In this document: positions 61,316-64,000 of the stretch, in pieces
Layout of the letters: each line of letters opens with the position of its first letter
Position numbering within the stretch: the first letter of the stretch is position 1
NCBI GenBank assembly: GCA_963665095.1
Contig: OY762069.1
Coordinates: forward strand, 4,640,001-4,704,000
Reading direction: 5' to 3'
From: an uncultured Desulfobacter sp.
GTDB lineage: Bacteria; Desulfobacterota; Desulfobacteria; Desulfobacterales; Desulfobacteraceae
Length of the DNA: 64,000 bases
Notes under the pieces: model-generated
Database searches by the model: none
Told to the model about the DNA's origin: nothing
What the model saw: the letters and a program-made list of their open reading frames with translations, nothing else
Program-made: the position numbers and the translations under genes

Positions 61316-62008
61316 ATGGAAGTAAAGACAGTTCTACAGGAAGCTGTAAGCAGACGCCAGAAAGCGTTATCTGAATTTGATGGGAAAAAGATACTGGCAG
61401 CGTATGGTATTCCCGTGTCACGGGAATACCTTGTTTCAACAGCAGATGAAGCGGTTCAAATGGCTGTAAAAATTGGTTTTCCCGTGGTTTTGAAAGCCTG
61501 TTCCCACCAGATTGCCCATAAAACCGAAGGGGGGCTGGTGGAAGTGTCTCTGGGCAGTGAAAGGGAGGTCATAGAAGCTTTTCAACGGATTATAAAGAAA
61601 ACGGATATTCCCATGGACGGTATTCTGGTCCAGGAGATGGTGTCAGGACAGCGTGAACTCATGATCGGCCTGATCCGTGATCCCCAGTTCGGCCCCTGTG
61701 TCATGGCGGGTTTTGGCGGGATCATGACGGAAATCATTCAGGACACCTGTTTCAGAATGGCCCCTGTGGACGATTTGGAAACTGCCGATATGCTGTCTGA
61801 ACTTAAGTTCAAAGATATTCTGGGGCCTTTCCGGGGGCAGGCGCCTGCAGATGTACAGGCCATAGGCCGGGCCATTACAGCGGTGGGCAACATCGGCCTG
61901 GAGAACGAGGCCATTGACGAAATTGACATCAACCCCCTGATCATCCGCCCGGATGGAAGCTTTGCTGCTGTGGATGCACTGATTGTTGTAAAAGGAGATG
62001 CCCAATGA
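61316..62008 (+). CDS. ADP-forming acyl-CoA ligase beta (ATP-grasp) subunit
   Basis: FPVVLK, HKTEGG, RDPQFGP, EIDINP. Confidence 0.88.
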   Translation: MEVKTVLQEAVSRRQKALSEFDGKKILAAYGIPVSREYLVSTADEAVQMAVKIGFPVVLKACSHQIAHKTEGGLVEVSLGSEREVIEAFQRIIKKTDIPMDGILVQEMVSGQRELMIGLIRDPQFGPCVMAGFGGIMTEIIQDTCFRMAPVDDLETADMLSELKFKDILGPFRGQAPADVQAIGRAITAVGNIGLENEAIDEIDINPLIIRPDGSFAAVDALIVVKGDAQ

Positions 62009-63465
62009 TTACTGATATCCGTGAAAGCCCTTTATATGGAATTGCCAATCCTGAAAGTATCGCGTTTTTCGGCGCATCCAATAATTTTTCGTCCATGGGA
62101 ACCAAAATTTTCCGTTCTATACGGAGGCTTGGCTTTACAGGGAACCTTTTTCCGGTTCATCCCACCGAAGCGGTTGTCCAGGGGATTAAGGCATATAAAG
62201 ATGTGATGGGTCTGCCGGCAATACCGGATCTTGCCGTATTTGTGCTGCCCACCCGGCTGATCTGTGATGTGATGGAGGCCTGCGGAAAAATGGGTATCCG
62301 TCATGCGGTTGTGGTGACAGCCGGGTTTCGGGAGGTGGGCGGCCAGGGGCCTGAACTTGAAGAAAAGCTCAAGAAAATTGCCCGGACATACGGCATCCGG
62401 TTTCTGGGCCCCAACTGCCTGGGGGTGGTTAATACGCATCAAAAACTGAATACCACGGTTTTTCAGGTGGAAGGCAGTCCCGGCTCTATGGGACTGGCCT
62501 CCCAGAGCGGCAGCCTGGTTACCCAGATGTTTAGTTTTCTGGCGGAACTTAAAATGGGTTTTTCCACGGCGTTTTCCATTGGAAACGGGGCTGACGTCGA
62601 CCTGGTGGACTGCCTGGAATATTTGGGTGCATGCCCTGATACCAAGGTGATTGCCATGTATGTGGAAGGCATTGACCAGGGAAGGCGGTTTGTTGAGGCG
62701 GCCCGTGCGATTTCCCTTAAAAAACCCATTGTGGCGCTCTATGTGGGCGGCAGCGAAGCGGGCAGAAAAGCGACCTTTTCACACACCGGCACCCTGGCCG
62801 GGCCGGACAGACTGTATGACGGCATTTTCCGCCAGAGTGGCGTGATTCGGGCCCGCTCCATAACCGAGCTGTTTGATTTCTGCCGTATCCTGGCTGTTAT
62901 GCCCCTTCCCAAAGGCCGGCGCATGGCCATCCAGACCCATTCGGGCGGTCCCGGGGCTGCGGCCGCAGACGCCTGCAGCAGGCAAGGCCTTGATCTGCCG
63001 CCGTTTCCGCCGGAAACCAAGTCGGCGCTGGCCGAATATGTACCCCATACCGCCAGCATCAATAATCCGGTGGACATGACCTATTTTAAAAACCGGACCG
63101 ATTTTTTTATCTCCATCCCGGAAATACTGCTTAAAAGCGAAGTTGTGGATATGCTTATGGTGTATTACCTGGTACCGGATGAGTTGCTGGAAGAGTCAAT
63201 GGGAGATATCGGCACCTCAAAACAGGATGCGGGGGATGAAAATGCCCTGGATGATTATGTGGGCATGATGGCAGATATGCTCCGTCAACACAAAAAACCC
63301 TTTGCAGGTTTTACCTTTCGGAATCTGAGGGAAAAATTTCCCCAGACCCTCATGGCCCACGGAATCCCTGTCTTTGCAGGCCCGGAAAACGCGGTGCGGG
63401 CCATGAAGGCCATGGTCACATACGCAGAGCTGAAAGAGAAAATTTCCCGGCAGGAAGAACTATAA
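62005..63465 (+). CDS. ADP-forming acyl-CoA ligase alpha (CoA-binding) subunit
   Basis: PESIAFFGAS, GPNCLG, SQSGS, SHTGTLAG, NNPVD; ATGA overlap with the beta gene. Confidence 0.88.
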   Translation: MITDIRESPLYGIANPESIAFFGASNNFSSMGTKIFRSIRRLGFTGNLFPVHPTEAVVQGIKAYKDVMGLPAIPDLAVFVLPTRLICDVMEACGKMGIRHAVVVTAGFREVGGQGPELEEKLKKIARTYGIRFLGPNCLGVVNTHQKLNTTVFQVEGSPGSMGLASQSGSLVTQMFSFLAELKMGFSTAFSIGNGADVDLVDCLEYLGACPDTKVIAMYVEGIDQGRRFVEAARAISLKKPIVALYVGGSEAGRKATFSHTGTLAGPDRLYDGIFRQSGVIRARSITELFDFCRILAVMPLPKGRRMAIQTHSGGPGAAAADACSRQGLDLPPFPPETKSALAEYVPHTASINNPVDMTYFKNRTDFFISIPEILLKSEVVDMLMVYYLVPDELLEESMGDIGTSKQDAGDENALDDYVGMMADMLRQHKKPFAGFTFRNLREKFPQTLMAHGIPVFAGPENAVRAMKAMVTYAELKEKISRQEEL

Positions 63466-63483
63466 TTTCAGGTAAAATGGTCT

Positions 63484-63590
63484 TCAGGAAATCAGAAACA
63501 GGCCGAGCTGCGGCCTTTCGGTGATGATAAAGACACAAAGCAGCAGCACCCGCATGAATGTGATGGTGGTCCGGAAAATTTCACCTGAAA
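63484..63590 (-). pseudogene. Possible 3' relic of a TRAP transporter large permease (DctM)
   Basis: GEIFRTTITFMRVLLLCVFIITERPQLGLFL resembles the DctM C-terminal helix. Confidence 0.45.
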
Positions 63591-63593
63591 AAT

Positions 63594-64000
63594 ACGGTTG
63601 ATCACCCTTTAGCCCTGAAGCTTTTGTCAGATGCCGGGGCCCGGGTTGACGGCAACCGGGTGACGGTTCCCCGCCATGTGATCCAGAATGCCCTTGCCTT
63701 AGCACCCAAGGGCTTTGTGATGTATAACCGGGACGGGCAACCTGCAATGGACCTGACAGGAAATAACAGCTATTTCGGGACCTCCACCGCCAGCCCCAAC
63801 CAGCGTCATGCCTGGAACATAAGCGAAAACCCACCCGTCTGGAAGATATTGAATGGGGAGCCAGGGTAGCAGATGCCCTGCATAATATAGATTTTCTAAT
63901 GCCCCTGGGCAGTGCCCAGGATGTACCGGCAGCCTCGGGGGATCTGTTTGAGTTTGAAACGGTTGTCCGGAATACAGTGAAACCGATTTTTTTCTGCGGT
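63594..64000 (+). pseudogene. Trimethylamine/glycine-betaine methyltransferase (MttB superfamily), 5'-truncated and frameshifted; runs off the window
   Basis: VDHPLALKLLSDAGARVDGNRVTVPRHVIQNALALAPK...YFGT, frameshift near 63812, then KPTRLEDIEWGARVADALHNIDF...NTVKPI. Confidence 0.75.

Noticed and set aside
63867..63869. TAG in an MttB-family gene as a pyrrolysine codon
   Set aside because: It lies in the shifted frame after the frameshift and far N-terminal of the known Pyl position; homology continues in another frame.
1..64000. CRISPR array, tRNA/rRNA genes, intact transposase, integrase, reverse transcriptase or DGR template repeat
   Set aside because: No regularly spaced repeats, RNA-gene signatures, RT motifs or AAC-rich copy of the VR were seen by eye; a weak copy could have been missed.

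Overview
A 64-kb bacterial chromosome segment of roughly balanced GC. Gene content (selenocysteine formate dehydrogenases, TrpB2, HDOD and GGDEF proteins, ADP-forming acyl-CoA ligases, split RdgC-like pair) suggests an anaerobic Desulfobacteraceae-like organism; this is an inference. Core genes are ilvC/ilvY, two Sec-containing cytoplasmic formate dehydrogenases (split at in-frame TGA by the ORF track), trpB2, a cobalamin-riboswitch-led btuF-cbiZ/btuF/btuC/btuD operon, pgm, an RND pair, carA-carB-purF plus a radical SAM gene, and glnE. Several palindromic/MITE-like repeat families and five gene-relic scars are scattered between them. The strongest hidden signal is at 55310-57810: a signal-peptide caspase-PEGA-FGE/C-type-lectin gene whose 3' end looks like a diversity-generating-retroelement (DGR) variable region. 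It contains a 21-nt tandem duplication whose copies differ only at inferred template-adenine positions and is followed by a long GC-rich hairpin. No reverse transcriptase or template repeat was seen in the window, so it may be a remote (trans) DGR target. Also notable: a periplasmic binding protein-TM-Schlafen(AlbA_2) fusion, matching ModE-like boxes upstream of both FDH genes, an apparently exported BtuF-CbiZ fusion, and an acyltransferase fused to a degenerate GpsA domain. All family calls come from motif recognition by eye; no searches were run.
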